A DNA stretch of 64,000 nucleotides from an uncultured bacterium (GTDB lineage: Bacteria > Omnitrophota > Omnitrophia > Omnitrophales > CAZLUT01). The position numbers and the translations under genes were made by a program. Shown piece by piece: positions 45,875 through 55,029 of this stretch; the stretch's first letter is position 1, and every line of letters begins with the position of its first letter. The stretch lies in contig CAZLUT010000001.1 of the NCBI GenBank assembly GCA_964562805.1, positions 32,574 through 96,573 on the forward strand, read 5' to 3'. The notes beneath the pieces were generated by a model. That model was given only the letters and a program-made list of their open reading frames with translations. It was not told where the DNA came from and made no database searches.

Positions 45875-46909
45875 ATGGAAACGAACATACCCAAAGGTCA
45901 AATGCCGGATTTTTCACGATACCAGAGATGGATCGTTCCGATCGTTGTTTTGGTCATTCTTTTAGCTTCTTTGGGCTCACTTTTTTATACGGTAGAACCC
46001 GATGAAGTTGGGGTGATCCAAAGATTTGGCAAATATGTTAAATCTACCTCGCCGGGCCTTCATATGAAATTACCTTTTGGTATTGAAACCGTCAAAAAAG
46101 TCCGCGTAACTCACGTATTTAAGGAAGAATTTGGATTTAAAACACTTAGATCAGGTGTTAGGACCAGCATGCAGCTCGATAGCCTTCAAAGACGCAGCCG
46201 CGGCGGCCGGAGCATGGGATTTACCGATGACCCTTTTTTGGCTGAGTCGCTTATGCTGACGGGTGACCTGAATAGTGCCGTGGTCGAATGGATCGTTCAA
46301 TATAAGATCAGCGATCCTGTTAAATACCTTTTTAATATGCGTAATGTCGAAAATACCATCCGCAATATGTCAGAAGCTTTTATGCGCCAAGTTGTGGGTG
46401 ATAACGATATCAACCAAGTTTTAACAGCAGGCCGTGAAGAAATTCGTCTTAAGGCTCAAGAAGAGCTGCAGACACTTTTAAACAAATTTGATATCGGCAT
46501 CAAAATTGACCGCTTACTTCTTCAAAACGTTACCCCACCGGAGGAGGTAAAACCTTCTTTTAACGCGGTTAACGAGGCTAGACAGGAAAAAGAAAAACTA
46601 ATTAACAATGCTTGGAAGATCTATAACGAAATCATTCCGAAGGCTAAAGGCCAGGCCTTACAAGTGGTTGAAGAAGCTAAGGGTTATTCGATTGAACGTG
46701 TTAATAATTCCAAGGGTGATGTCGCCAAATTTAATGCTGTTTTAAAAGAATACCAAAAAGCCAAAGATGTCACACGACGCAGACTTTATCTTGAGACAAT
46801 GACAGAAGTACTGCCCGAGTTAGATAATCGAATTTTAGTAGATGAAAAAATGGAAAGTGTTTTACCCTTTTTAAATCTTCCTACTAAAAAGGTGAAAGAA
46901 AGAAAATGA
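45875..46909 (+). CDS. hflK: Protease modulator HflK (SPFH/band-7)
   Basis: N-terminal TM helix followed by an SPFH domain (FYTVEPDEVGVIQRFGKY); overlaps hflC. Confidence 0.8.
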   Translation: METNIPKGQMPDFSRYQRWIVPIVVLVILLASLGSLFYTVEPDEVGVIQRFGKYVKSTSPGLHMKLPFGIETVKKVRVTHVFKEEFGFKTLRSGVRTSMQLDSLQRRSRGGRSMGFTDDPFLAESLMLTGDLNSAVVEWIVQYKISDPVKYLFNMRNVENTIRNMSEAFMRQVVGDNDINQVLTAGREEIRLKAQEELQTLLNKFDIGIKIDRLLLQNVTPPEEVKPSFNAVNEARQEKEKLINNAWKIYNEIIPKAKGQALQVVEEAKGYSIERVNNSKGDVAKFNAVLKEYQKAKDVTRRRLYLETMTEVLPELDNRILVDEKMESVLPFLNLPTKKVKERK

Positions 46910-47877
46910 GACCGCAAACAACTTTTATAGCGATACTTGTCGCAGCCGTGCTTTTAGTCGTAGGCAATGCTTTCTATATTATTCCTGAAGGCAAACAGGC
47001 GATTATTGTCCAGTTTGGTGAGCCCATGGGAGCGCCAAAAACAGAAGCCGGTCTTAATACAAAGATCCCTTTTATCCAACAAGTTCGTTATTTTGAAAAG
47101 CGTATCTTGCAGTGGAATGGATCTCCTAATGAGATTCCGACACGGGATAAAAAGTTTATTTGGGTCGATGCTGTTGCAAGGTGGAAAATTAAAGATTCGC
47201 TTAAATTCATGCAGGCGGTTGCCACCGAGTCATATGCCCGTTCCAGGCTCGATGATATTATTGATAACGCGGTTAGAGATACTGTCTCACGTTATCCTCT
47301 TGTGGAAGTTGTCAGAAATACCAATGATATTTTTAAAGAAAAGGGTATTTATGACACCGCGAAGGAAGGCGAGGATGATATTTCGATCGATCAGGATTTA
47401 ACTCGTATTAAAGTGGGACAAGAAAAAATCCTTGGGATGATATTTGATCAAGCCAAGGGAGCAACCGAAACGCTTGGTATTGAGCTGATTGACGTTCGCT
47501 TTCGCCGTATCAATTATATTGATTCCGTAAGACAAAAAGTTTTTGAAAGAATGATCTCTGAGCGCGAAAGAGCCGCAGCTACGCTCCGCTCACAAGGACA
47601 AGGGGCAAAAGCCGAAATCGAAGGTCAAAGAGAAAAAGATCTAAAGCAGATCCGTTCAGAAGCTTACAAAAAGGCCCAGGAGATAAAAGGTAAGGCAGAT
47701 GCAGAGGCAGCCGGTATTTATGCCGCTTCGTATAACCAGGATCCCGAATTTTATTCCTTATGGAAAAGTTTAGATTCTTATAGAGAAACTTTGCCCGGAA
47801 GCTCCACCGTTCTTCTTTCTACTGATAATGAATACTTCCAGTACCTTAAGTCGCAAAAAGAAGGTTTGGGAACCTAA
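46906..47877 (+). CDS. hflC: Protease modulator HflC (SPFH/band-7)
   Basis: FYIIPEGKQAIIVQFGEP and an SPFH domain; ATGA overlap with hflK. Confidence 0.8.
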   Translation: MRPQTTFIAILVAAVLLVVGNAFYIIPEGKQAIIVQFGEPMGAPKTEAGLNTKIPFIQQVRYFEKRILQWNGSPNEIPTRDKKFIWVDAVARWKIKDSLKFMQAVATESYARSRLDDIIDNAVRDTVSRYPLVEVVRNTNDIFKEKGIYDTAKEGEDDISIDQDLTRIKVGQEKILGMIFDQAKGATETLGIELIDVRFRRINYIDSVRQKVFERMISERERAAATLRSQGQGAKAEIEGQREKDLKQIRSEAYKKAQEIKGKADAEAAGIYAASYNQDPEFYSLWKSLDSYRETLPGSSTVLLSTDNEYFQYLKSQKEGLGT

Positions 47878-49279
47878 AGCCGGCAACACTAAAGCTTCGG
47901 GCTTTATCGCTTCTTTTCTTTCCGAGCTCCCACAAGACTTAAAAGTTACAAGTCTTGATTGGACTGATCCCTCGTATCTATTTGAAAAACTATCTTCTAA
48001 TAACCCTCTAATTTTTTTAGACGCCGCCTCCAGCCAAAAAGAGCTGCCCCGTTCTTTTATTGCCTGGGATCCTTATCTGTGGGTGCGCGGGAGACATGAC
48101 GGGCTGCTTGTTAAAAGCGAAAGTCAAAAGAGGTGGCTTTTTTTAAAATCGGATAAACCTTATGAATTATTTCGAAATATTTTTCAGAAAATAAAAGTCC
48201 GAATGCCGCGTTGCGAGGCGCTCGGCTCATACGGAGTGTTTCAATATGAAGCAGGCGAGTATTTTGAAAAATTGCCTCCTTGTCTCGAAAAGGACCAGAA
48301 TTATTTTGAATTTATTTTTCCGCGTCAGGTTCTTTGTTTTTACCACGCGGATCAAAAAATAAATTGGTATTCCTTAGGAGAAAATCAGCCTCAATTATCC
48401 GATTGGTTCTTTCGCGCCGGAAAGAGAGATAAAACGAGCAATGTGATTCAGTTAACTCCGCAATTCAGCAAAAAAAAATTTGAATCCATTGTAGAGAGGG
48501 CAAAAGAATATATCGCAAGCGGCGATATCTATCAGGCAAATTTATCTCAGGATTTCTCTTTCCGATTTAAAGGTGACCCCATTTTACTTTATGAGAAATT
48601 GCGGCGCCTTAACCCTTCGCCCTTTTCTTCATTTATGCGTCTTCATGATGCAGTTGTTATCAGCTCTTCTCCTGAATTATTAGTCAGAAAAAAAGGAGAT
48701 AGCTGTTTCACAAGACCTATTGCGGGGACAAGACCTCGGGGAAACACGCTTAAAAAAACGAAAAAGCTTTCCAGGAACCTTCTTTTGAGCCCTAAGGAGC
48801 GGGCTGAACATTTAATGCTACTGGACTTGGAGCGGAACGATTTGGGACGTGTTTGCCGTTATGGGTCCGTTAAGGTTGAAGAACAAATGGTCTTGGAGCA
48901 GTATTCTCATGTAATTCATATCGTTTCACAAGTTATCGGAAAAATGCGGGCGGGAGAGGACGTTTTTGGTCTTATTAGAGCGCTTTTTCCTGGCGGAACA
49001 ATTACTGGCTGTCCCAAGATTCGCTCAATGGAAATTATTCATGAGTTAGAATCGAAGCCCCGCGAATTTTATACGGGGTCACTGGGCTTTTTGAGTTTTT
49101 CAGGGGAGGCGGTATTCAATATTATCATTCGCACTATTGTGCTTAAAGGTAATCGGGGATCGCTTCGAGTCGGAGCCGGTATTGTAGCAGACTCGAACCC
49201 GTCGAGAGAATATTGGGAGACAATTCAAAAAGGAAAGGCGATGTTTAGCGCATTGGGCGTGGGAGCGCCCAAGCGCTAG
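47828..49279 (+). CDS. pabB: Aminodeoxychorismate synthase component I / chorismate-binding enzyme (PabB-like)
   Basis: Chorismate-binding motifs GDIYQANLSQ, PSPFSSFMRL, SSSPELLV, AGTRPRG, ERAEHLMLLDLERNDL, LFPGGTITGCPK, REFYTGSLGF. The annotated ATG overlaps hflC by 50 nt, so the start is uncertain. Confidence 0.75.
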   Translation: MNTSSTLSRKKKVWEPKAGNTKASGFIASFLSELPQDLKVTSLDWTDPSYLFEKLSSNNPLIFLDAASSQKELPRSFIAWDPYLWVRGRHDGLLVKSESQKRWLFLKSDKPYELFRNIFQKIKVRMPRCEALGSYGVFQYEAGEYFEKLPPCLEKDQNYFEFIFPRQVLCFYHADQKINWYSLGENQPQLSDWFFRAGKRDKTSNVIQLTPQFSKKKFESIVERAKEYIASGDIYQANLSQDFSFRFKGDPILLYEKLRRLNPSPFSSFMRLHDAVVISSSPELLVRKKGDSCFTRPIAGTRPRGNTLKKTKKLSRNLLLSPKERAEHLMLLDLERNDLGRVCRYGSVKVEEQMVLEQYSHVIHIVSQVIGKMRAGEDVFGLIRALFPGGTITGCPKIRSMEIIHELESKPREFYTGSLGFLSFSGEAVFNIIIRTIVLKGNRGSLRVGAGIVADSNPSREYWETIQKGKAMFSALGVGAPKR

Positions 49280-49280
49280 T

Positions 49281-49372
49281 AATTAGTGGATAGTCGTTAG
49301 TGAATAGTGATAAGAAGTTAAAGTGTCTACGGCGTTTAACTGACCACTAGCCGCTATCAGCTAACCACTGGC
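49281..49372. repeat. Intergenic repeat family copy E (inverted pair flanking a central hairpin)
   Basis: TAGTGGATAGTCGTTAGTGAATAGTG ... AGTTAAA-gtgtctacggcg-TTTAACT ... GACCACTAGCCGCTATCAGCTAACCACTGG. Confidence 0.65.
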
Positions 49373-49377
49373 AGTAT

Positions 49378-50166
49378 GTGATTATGAAAAAAGGTAATTT
49401 AACAATTCCAATACAAAGCGCGCTTGAAGAAGAGGTGTCGGTATTTGAGACAATGAGAAGTTACAGCGGTACTATTATTGGTTTTGATGAACATATCGAA
49501 CGTATTCAAGAATCCGCGAAAACAATTGGCCTACCCTTCAAACTTAAAGCTGCTGAACTCAAAAGTCAGATTAAAATGGAGCTTAAAAATTTTGGCGGAA
49601 GGAATGCTGTTATTCGGCCCACTGTTTTTAAATCGGGAATTAAATTTTTTATCTCCAAACCCCGCTTAATTGATCCGAAGTTTTACGAAAAGGGCGTTGA
49701 GGTGGCCACATCCGCCGCGAGACTTTCACCCGTGAACGCCGCACCCGTGGGCGCTAAATCTAATTTTTACGGACCGCAGGCTCTGAGCTACCTGACGCAT
49801 CTTAGAAATTATTTTGAAATAATGTATTTAGATTCAGATGGTTTTGTGGGCGAGCTTCAAATTAATAATATTTTTCTTATTAAAAATAATATTTTAAAAA
49901 CACCGCCCGCTGTTCACATCTTGAATGGAGTAACAAGACGGCTTGTGCTAAACTTGGCTGAACAAGTTCCAATAGAAGTGATGGAAACACCATTGACTCG
50001 ACATGATTTTTATAATGCCGATGAATGCTTTTTAACAAATTCAATCGTAGAAATCATGCCGGTAATTAAAATTGACGGCCGCCTTATTGGATCCGGTAAG
50101 CCCGGTCAGTTAACAAAGCGTTTAAGAAAACACTATCAGGAAGTTATTCAAAGGAGTTCCGTATGA
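49378..50166 (+). CDS. pabC: Class IV aminotransferase / aminodeoxychorismate lyase (PabC-like)
   Basis: Fold-type IV PLP enzyme N-terminal pattern (FETMRSY...G); sits immediately after pabB. Confidence 0.65.
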   Translation: MIMKKGNLTIPIQSALEEEVSVFETMRSYSGTIIGFDEHIERIQESAKTIGLPFKLKAAELKSQIKMELKNFGGRNAVIRPTVFKSGIKFFISKPRLIDPKFYEKGVEVATSAARLSPVNAAPVGAKSNFYGPQALSYLTHLRNYFEIMYLDSDGFVGELQINNIFLIKNNILKTPPAVHILNGVTRRLVLNLAEQVPIEVMETPLTRHDFYNADECFLTNSIVEIMPVIKIDGRLIGSGKPGQLTKRLRKHYQEVIQRSSV

Positions 50167-51749
50167 AAAATTTGATACCGATTAGACGAGCATTAGTAAG
50201 CGTTTCAGACAAAACAGGCTTGGTAGACTTTTCAAAAGTCTTAGCGTCATTTAAAACGCAGATTATTTCTACGGGCGGCACTTTAAAAGCCTTGAAAGAG
50301 GCGGGTTTGCCGGCGATTTCTATAACAGACGTCACCGGGTTTCCTGAGATTTTAGACGGTAGGGTCAAAACACTGCATCCTAAGATCCACGGCGGGCTTC
50401 TTTATCTGAGGGAAAATGAAAAACACAGCGATACCGTTAAGAAAGAGGGGATTGAGCCAATTGATTTGGTTTGCGTTAATCTCTATCCTTTCGAAAAAAC
50501 AGTCGAGAAAGTTGGCGTGACCTTAGAGGAAGCGATCGAAAATATTGATATCGGAGGCCCCAGTATGCTGAGAAGTGGGGCAAAGAATTATCAGTCAGTC
50601 GTTGTCATCTCAGACCCCAGTGATTACGCTGAGCTAATCGAAGAGTTGAACCGAAACGAAGGAAAGATTTCGGTTGAAACCTCTAAAAAGCTTGCGGTTA
50701 AAGTGTTTGCCAAAACTCATCAGTATGATGGGGCGATTGCACGCTTCCTGAAAGACAAGCTTGCTGGGGAAAACCCGGAAGGTGCGCTCCCTGAGAGTTT
50801 CGCGTTCGGAATGAGAAAAAAAGCCGGTCTCAGATACGGCGAAAACCCTCATCAAGCCGCGTCTCTATATGAGCCTTGCGGAGGAGTGAAAGTTAAATTT
50901 GATCAGCTTCACGGCAAAGAACTCTCTTTTAATAATTTAATGGATTTGGACGCAGCCCTTGATATTTTAGATGAGTTTCGGGATTCGCCCACAGCTTGTG
51001 TGATTAAACATAATAATCCATGCGGCATCGGAAGTTCAGATAATCTTCCGGATGCCTTATCAAAAGCGATTGATTCTGATCCGCTTTCCTCGTTTGGGGG
51101 CATTGTGGGGCTGAACGGGATTTGCGATGAGAAAACTGTGAAAGTTTTAACAAGTAAACTCGGGTTTATCGAAATTGTCTTGGCACCTGATTTTACGAGC
51201 GAGGCTTTAGCAGAACTTCAAAAGAAAAAGAATTTAAGGATTTTAAAAATTAAAGAACCTAAAACTAGCTCCGGGCAAAATTACCAGTTTCGTTTTACTC
51301 GTCTCGGTGTTTTGGTTCAAGATCAAGACGCGCCCATTAGCCTCACTGTTAAAGATATTAAATCAGAATGGAAAGTTCCTACTAAAAAACAGCTGGAAGA
51401 GAAAGATTGGGAAGAGCTGCTTTTTGCGTGGAAATGTTCTAAGCTTGTGAAGTCAAATGCGATCGTTCTTACCAAAGATAAAGGTACCGTAGGTATCGGT
51501 GCGGGGCAAATGAGCCGGGTTGACTCGGTTAGAATCTCATGCGAAAAAGCAGGTGAGAAGACCAAAGGTTCTTTTATGGGAAGTGACGCCTTTTTTCCGA
51601 TGCCGGACAACATTGAGCTTGCCGCTAAACATGGTATTAAGGCAATCGCCCAGCCAGGCGGTTCCATTAAAGACGAAGATGTTGTTAAAGCCTGCGATAA
51701 GCTTGGCATTGCGATGGTGTTTACAGGAAAAAGGCATTTTAGACATTAG
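50163..51749 (+). CDS. purH: Bifunctional AICAR formyltransferase / IMP cyclohydrolase PurH
   Basis: RALVSVSDKTGL, ISTGGT, HPKIHGGLL, VCVNLYPF, DIGGPSMLRSGAKN; ATGA overlap with pabC. Confidence 0.9.
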   Translation: MKNLIPIRRALVSVSDKTGLVDFSKVLASFKTQIISTGGTLKALKEAGLPAISITDVTGFPEILDGRVKTLHPKIHGGLLYLRENEKHSDTVKKEGIEPIDLVCVNLYPFEKTVEKVGVTLEEAIENIDIGGPSMLRSGAKNYQSVVVISDPSDYAELIEELNRNEGKISVETSKKLAVKVFAKTHQYDGAIARFLKDKLAGENPEGALPESFAFGMRKKAGLRYGENPHQAASLYEPCGGVKVKFDQLHGKELSFNNLMDLDAALDILDEFRDSPTACVIKHNNPCGIGSSDNLPDALSKAIDSDPLSSFGGIVGLNGICDEKTVKVLTSKLGFIEIVLAPDFTSEALAELQKKKNLRILKIKEPKTSSGQNYQFRFTRLGVLVQDQDAPISLTVKDIKSEWKVPTKKQLEEKDWEELLFAWKCSKLVKSNAIVLTKDKGTVGIGAGQMSRVDSVRISCEKAGEKTKGSFMGSDAFFPMPDNIELAAKHGIKAIAQPGGSIKDEDVVKACDKLGIAMVFTGKRHFRH

Positions 51750-51767
51750 TCAGTTAACCCCGCCTAA

Positions 51768-51828
51768 CCTCCCCTTAAATTAAGGGGAGGGAATCTATAG
51801 ACAATCTCCCCTCTTAGCTTAAGAGGGG
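51768..51828 (+). promoter_or_regulatory. Two tandem related GC-rich perfect palindromes upstream of folC (possible attenuator or terminator pair)
   Basis: CCTCCCCTTA-aat-TAAGGGGAGG at 51768-51790 and CCCCTCTTA-gc-TTAAGAGGGG at 51808-51828; the second ends 15 nt before the folC ATG next to GGGGGAG. Confidence 0.4.
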
Positions 51829-51842
51829 CTGGGGGAGTTATT

Positions 51843-53192
51843 ATGAATTACAAATCAGCCATTAAACTTCTAAATTCCTTCGATAATTTTGAAAAATTAA
51901 AAAATCCCTCTAAAAATCGTTTTTTAAATTTAGATCGAATTTGCTATGCCTTAAAAGTATTGGGCAGCCCCGAGAAACAATATCCTGCTATTTTGGTCGG
52001 TGGAACTAATGGAAAGGGATCAACCGCCTTTTATTTATCCGAAGTTTTAAAAGAATCCGGCTATAAAGTAGGGCTTTATACTTCACCTCACTTGGAGGAT
52101 GTGAGAGAAAGAATGAGAGTCGGAAACCGGCCGATCTCAGAAAATAATTTCACTCGCTGGAGCGCTGAGCTTTCAAAAAAAATTACTCAAAACCCATTAC
52201 CTCAGGAATTAGGCCGTCTTACCTATTTTGAATGGTTGACCCTAATAGCTTTTTCTTTTTTTAAAAGCCAAAAAGTTAATATCGCGATTCTTGAAGTTGG
52301 AATGGGGGGCCGGAGGGACGCGACTAATTGCGTGAGTCCACTGCTAACTTTATTAACACCTATTAGCTTGGATCACACCCGCGAACTTGGCGTTTCGCTT
52401 TCAAAAATTGCTAAAGAAAAATCTTACTTAATTCATCATAGGAGGCCTTTGCTTTTAGCTAAACAAGCGGTAAGTGCCAGAAAAGTTTTGCTGGCCCGGG
52501 CGCAAAAAGAGAAAGCCCCGGTTTATGAAGAGGGTAAGAGTTTTTTATGGGATTTCGAAGAATTTGAAGAAAAGGGAAAAGTTATTTTAAAATGGCTCTG
52601 GGAATCTAAAAATTTGAAAATTCAAAAAGAACTCCAAGGCAAACCAGCTTACTTGCTTCAAAATATATCTTTAGCCATAAAAGCCCTCGAACTTCTTAGG
52701 AATAAGTATAAGTTTAAAAAGATCTCTCTAAAAAAGGCAATTTCTGTTGTTGAAGAAAAAATTTGGGCAGGGAGATTTGAAATTGTCAGAAAAAAACCAG
52801 CTATTCTACTCGATGGGGTTCATAATCCGGCTAGTGCGGCGGCTTTTTCCCGTGCCGTTTTAAATCTGTATAAAAAGAAAAAAAGAATATTAATTTTCGG
52901 AGTATCTTCTGATAAAAATATGACCGATATTTTAAAGCAGCTTAAAAATATTGAGCCAAAACTTTTTATAGCGACCCGATTTAATAATCCACGAGCCGCC
53001 TCACTCGCTCAAATTTCAAAAATTGCTAAGCCAAAATTTGAAAAAATCCAACAAACCAAAATTTTGAAAGACGCGTTAAAGCTTGCCCTTAAAAGAGCTG
53101 TTAAAGACGATTTGATTATTATCTGCGGTTCTCTTTATTTGGTGGGGGAAGCCAGACGGCTTCTAAAGAAGCCGTCAGTGAATAGTGGTTAG
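51843..53192 (+). CDS. folC: Folylpolyglutamate synthase / dihydrofolate synthase FolC
   Basis: Mur-ligase P-loop VGGTNGKGST followed by YTSPHL; the last codons and stop (VNSG*) are read from the intergenic repeat. Confidence 0.8.
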   Translation: MNYKSAIKLLNSFDNFEKLKNPSKNRFLNLDRICYALKVLGSPEKQYPAILVGGTNGKGSTAFYLSEVLKESGYKVGLYTSPHLEDVRERMRVGNRPISENNFTRWSAELSKKITQNPLPQELGRLTYFEWLTLIAFSFFKSQKVNIAILEVGMGGRRDATNCVSPLLTLLTPISLDHTRELGVSLSKIAKEKSYLIHHRRPLLLAKQAVSARKVLLARAQKEKAPVYEEGKSFLWDFEEFEEKGKVILKWLWESKNLKIQKELQGKPAYLLQNISLAIKALELLRNKYKFKKISLKKAISVVEEKIWAGRFEIVRKKPAILLDGVHNPASAAAFSRAVLNLYKKKKRILIFGVSSDKNMTDILKQLKNIEPKLFIATRFNNPRAASLAQISKIAKPKFEKIQQTKILKDALKLALKRAVKDDLIIICGSLYLVGEARRLLKKPSVNSG

Positions 53193-53260
53193 TAGTTAGT
53201 GGATAGAATATGTATACTAGGGACCTATTACTAAATACTAATGACTAAATACTAACGACT
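53175..53260. repeat. Intergenic repeat family copy F
   Basis: AGTGAATAGTGGTTAGTAGTTAGTGGATAG followed by a degenerate inverted counterpart CTATTACTAAATACTAATGACTAAATACTAACGACTAA. Confidence 0.6.
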
Positions 53261-53265
53261 AATTT

Positions 53266-54651
53266 ATGCCGAAACTACATTTTGATGACACGATTACAGC
53301 TTTAGCGACTCCTCCAGGGGAAGGAGGTGTGGCAATTATTCGCCTGAGCGGTCCTGATTCTCTCTCTATTATTCAGAAGCTTTTTGTGTTTTCGGGCGGA
53401 GCCCCGGCAAGACCTTTAAACCCCCAGAGAGTGAATCATGGGTATCTCGTTTCATACAGTAAAGAAAAATTAGATGAGGTTCTTGTTACTTATTTTAAAA
53501 AACCCCACTCTTATACAGGAGAAGATGTTGTTGAAATAAGCTGTCACGGGGGAATGCGGGTTAGTAAAGCGCTTATCGAATTATTAATTCATGAAGGCGC
53601 TAGACTTGCCGAACCGGGTGAATTCACGCGGCGCGCTTTCCTAAATGGTAAGCTCGATTTGGTTCAAGCGGAGGCTGTTTTGGATGTTGTTAAGGCTAAA
53701 ACAGACGCCTCACTGGAACAAGCCGAGAAACAATTACGAGGTGAACTCTCCAAGCTTTTTGGAGAGCTTCGGAGCGGATTGATTGATCTTAAGGCCGAAA
53801 TAGAAGCGGCTATTGATTTTCCGGAAGATGATAAGGAGGTTTCCGAAAAACCAAATTATGAAAAAATTTTGGATGATTCTGCAGGAAAAATTGAATCCCT
53901 TCTTAAAACTCACGGGAAAGGAAGTTTTTTAAGAGACGGGCTTGTCATTGCCTTAACCGGAAAACCTAACACAGGTAAATCTTCACTTCTAAATAAATTG
54001 CTTCAAAAAGAAAGAGCCATTGTTACCGATATTCCCGGTACTACGAGGGATACTATCGAAGAGTGGGTTGAAATCGGCGGTTTTCCCGTCAAGCTGATTG
54101 ATACAGCCGGTATTACCAAGACACGGGACCCCGTAGAGCGTATCGGGGTTGAAAGAACAAAAGAAGCCCTCAAAGAAGCTCATCTTGTACTAATCTTATT
54201 GGACGGCTCGGGCAGTTATGATTCTAAAGATGAGGCGCTTTTCCGAGAAATCCCAAATACTAAAGAAAAGATTATTTGTATCGCAAAATCGGATTTGCCC
54301 GAAAAGATTAAGCTGCCAAAAAAACTAATGCAGGATGATTCGCTTTTAAGAATTTCTTCGATTTCTGACCAAGGGCTGGACCAGTTAGAAAACCGCCTCC
54401 TCTCTTTCTTGGATGAAGGCCATATTCCAGGGGAAAGTTTATTAATTACAAATGCAAGGCATTCAGAATGTTTAAGACGAGCCTTACAGGCTATTAGAAA
54501 AGTGAAAAAGGGCCTTAAAGGGAACCTTTCATTAGAATTTGTAGCTGATGATTTAAAGCTGGCTCTGGATGCAATTGGTGAAGTGGTGGGAGAGGTTTAT
54601 ACGGAAGATTTATTGGGCGTTATTTTTAGCAAGTTTTGTATAGGGAAGTAA
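53266..54651 (+). CDS. mnmE: tRNA modification GTPase MnmE (TrmE)
   Basis: N-terminal ITALATPPGEGGVAIIRLSG, G-domain GKPNTGKSSLLN and DTAGI, C-terminal CIGK. Confidence 0.9.
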   Translation: MPKLHFDDTITALATPPGEGGVAIIRLSGPDSLSIIQKLFVFSGGAPARPLNPQRVNHGYLVSYSKEKLDEVLVTYFKKPHSYTGEDVVEISCHGGMRVSKALIELLIHEGARLAEPGEFTRRAFLNGKLDLVQAEAVLDVVKAKTDASLEQAEKQLRGELSKLFGELRSGLIDLKAEIEAAIDFPEDDKEVSEKPNYEKILDDSAGKIESLLKTHGKGSFLRDGLVIALTGKPNTGKSSLLNKLLQKERAIVTDIPGTTRDTIEEWVEIGGFPVKLIDTAGITKTRDPVERIGVERTKEALKEAHLVLILLDGSGSYDSKDEALFREIPNTKEKIICIAKSDLPEKIKLPKKLMQDDSLLRISSISDQGLDQLENRLLSFLDEGHIPGESLLITNARHSECLRRALQAIRKVKKGLKGNLSLEFVADDLKLALDAIGEVVGEVYTEDLLGVIFSKFCIGK

Positions 54652-54738
54652 TAGGGTCTTAGATCTAAGAACTAAGATCGAAGGGATCTCTCGGTTCTTA
54701 GTTCTCAGTTTCCAGCCCTTAGCGACGAAAGGAGCATA

Positions 54739-54918
54739 TATGAGAATGAATCGTAAAAAAGCCGGCACACTTGCTTGGCTTTTAGGAATTTTTGGACTGT
54801 TGGGCATTGCGGGAATTTTATTTAATTTTCTTCCTTTCTGGTACGGCGTTTTTTTGGCTGTTTCTTGTTTCGGCTTATTAATCATTACGGTTGCCTGTAT
54901 TTATTTTTACTGGAAATA
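54739..54918 (+). CDS. Small two-TM membrane protein (59 aa); below the size cutoff of the ORF track
   Basis: GAAAGGAG SD 8 nt upstream of the ATG; MRMNRKKAGTLAWLLGIFGLLGIAGILFNFLPFWYGVFLAVSCFGLLIITVACIYFYWK forms two hydrophobic helices. Confidence 0.4.
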
Positions 54919-55029
54919 GCGGTTTTTTACTTTTTTAGCGTTTCTCCAATGACAGCTTGGAATTTTAGCTGGTACAATATAGGTAAATAATTAGCAGAAA
55001 ACCTATTTCTGCAGAAGAGGTGAACCGTG

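Noticed and set aside
46967-47401. Alternate-frame 144-aa ORF inside hflC
   Set aside because: It overlaps the conserved SPFH-domain frame entirely. The product is Leu/Ser/Arg-rich and typical of an off-frame artefact.
47828-47877. 50-nt overlap of the pabB ORF start with the hflC 3' end
   Set aside because: The true pabB start is probably downstream (a non-ATG start), but no in-frame ATG exists until far into the protein. The ORF-track start is kept and the uncertainty flagged; it is not called a fusion or frameshift.
51750-51842. ZTP (pfl) or THF riboswitch between purH and folC
   Set aside because: The gene context is suggestive, but I cannot find the conserved ZTP pseudoknot/GGGUCGACCG-type core or the THF consensus in the 93-nt spacer. 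It is kept only as an unclassified hairpin pair in the findings.
54610-54885. Minus-strand 91-aa ORF in the mnmE-response regulator spacer
   Set aside because: It has no RBS and an odd composition. The + strand 59-codon ORF with a strong SD and two TM helices explains the region better.
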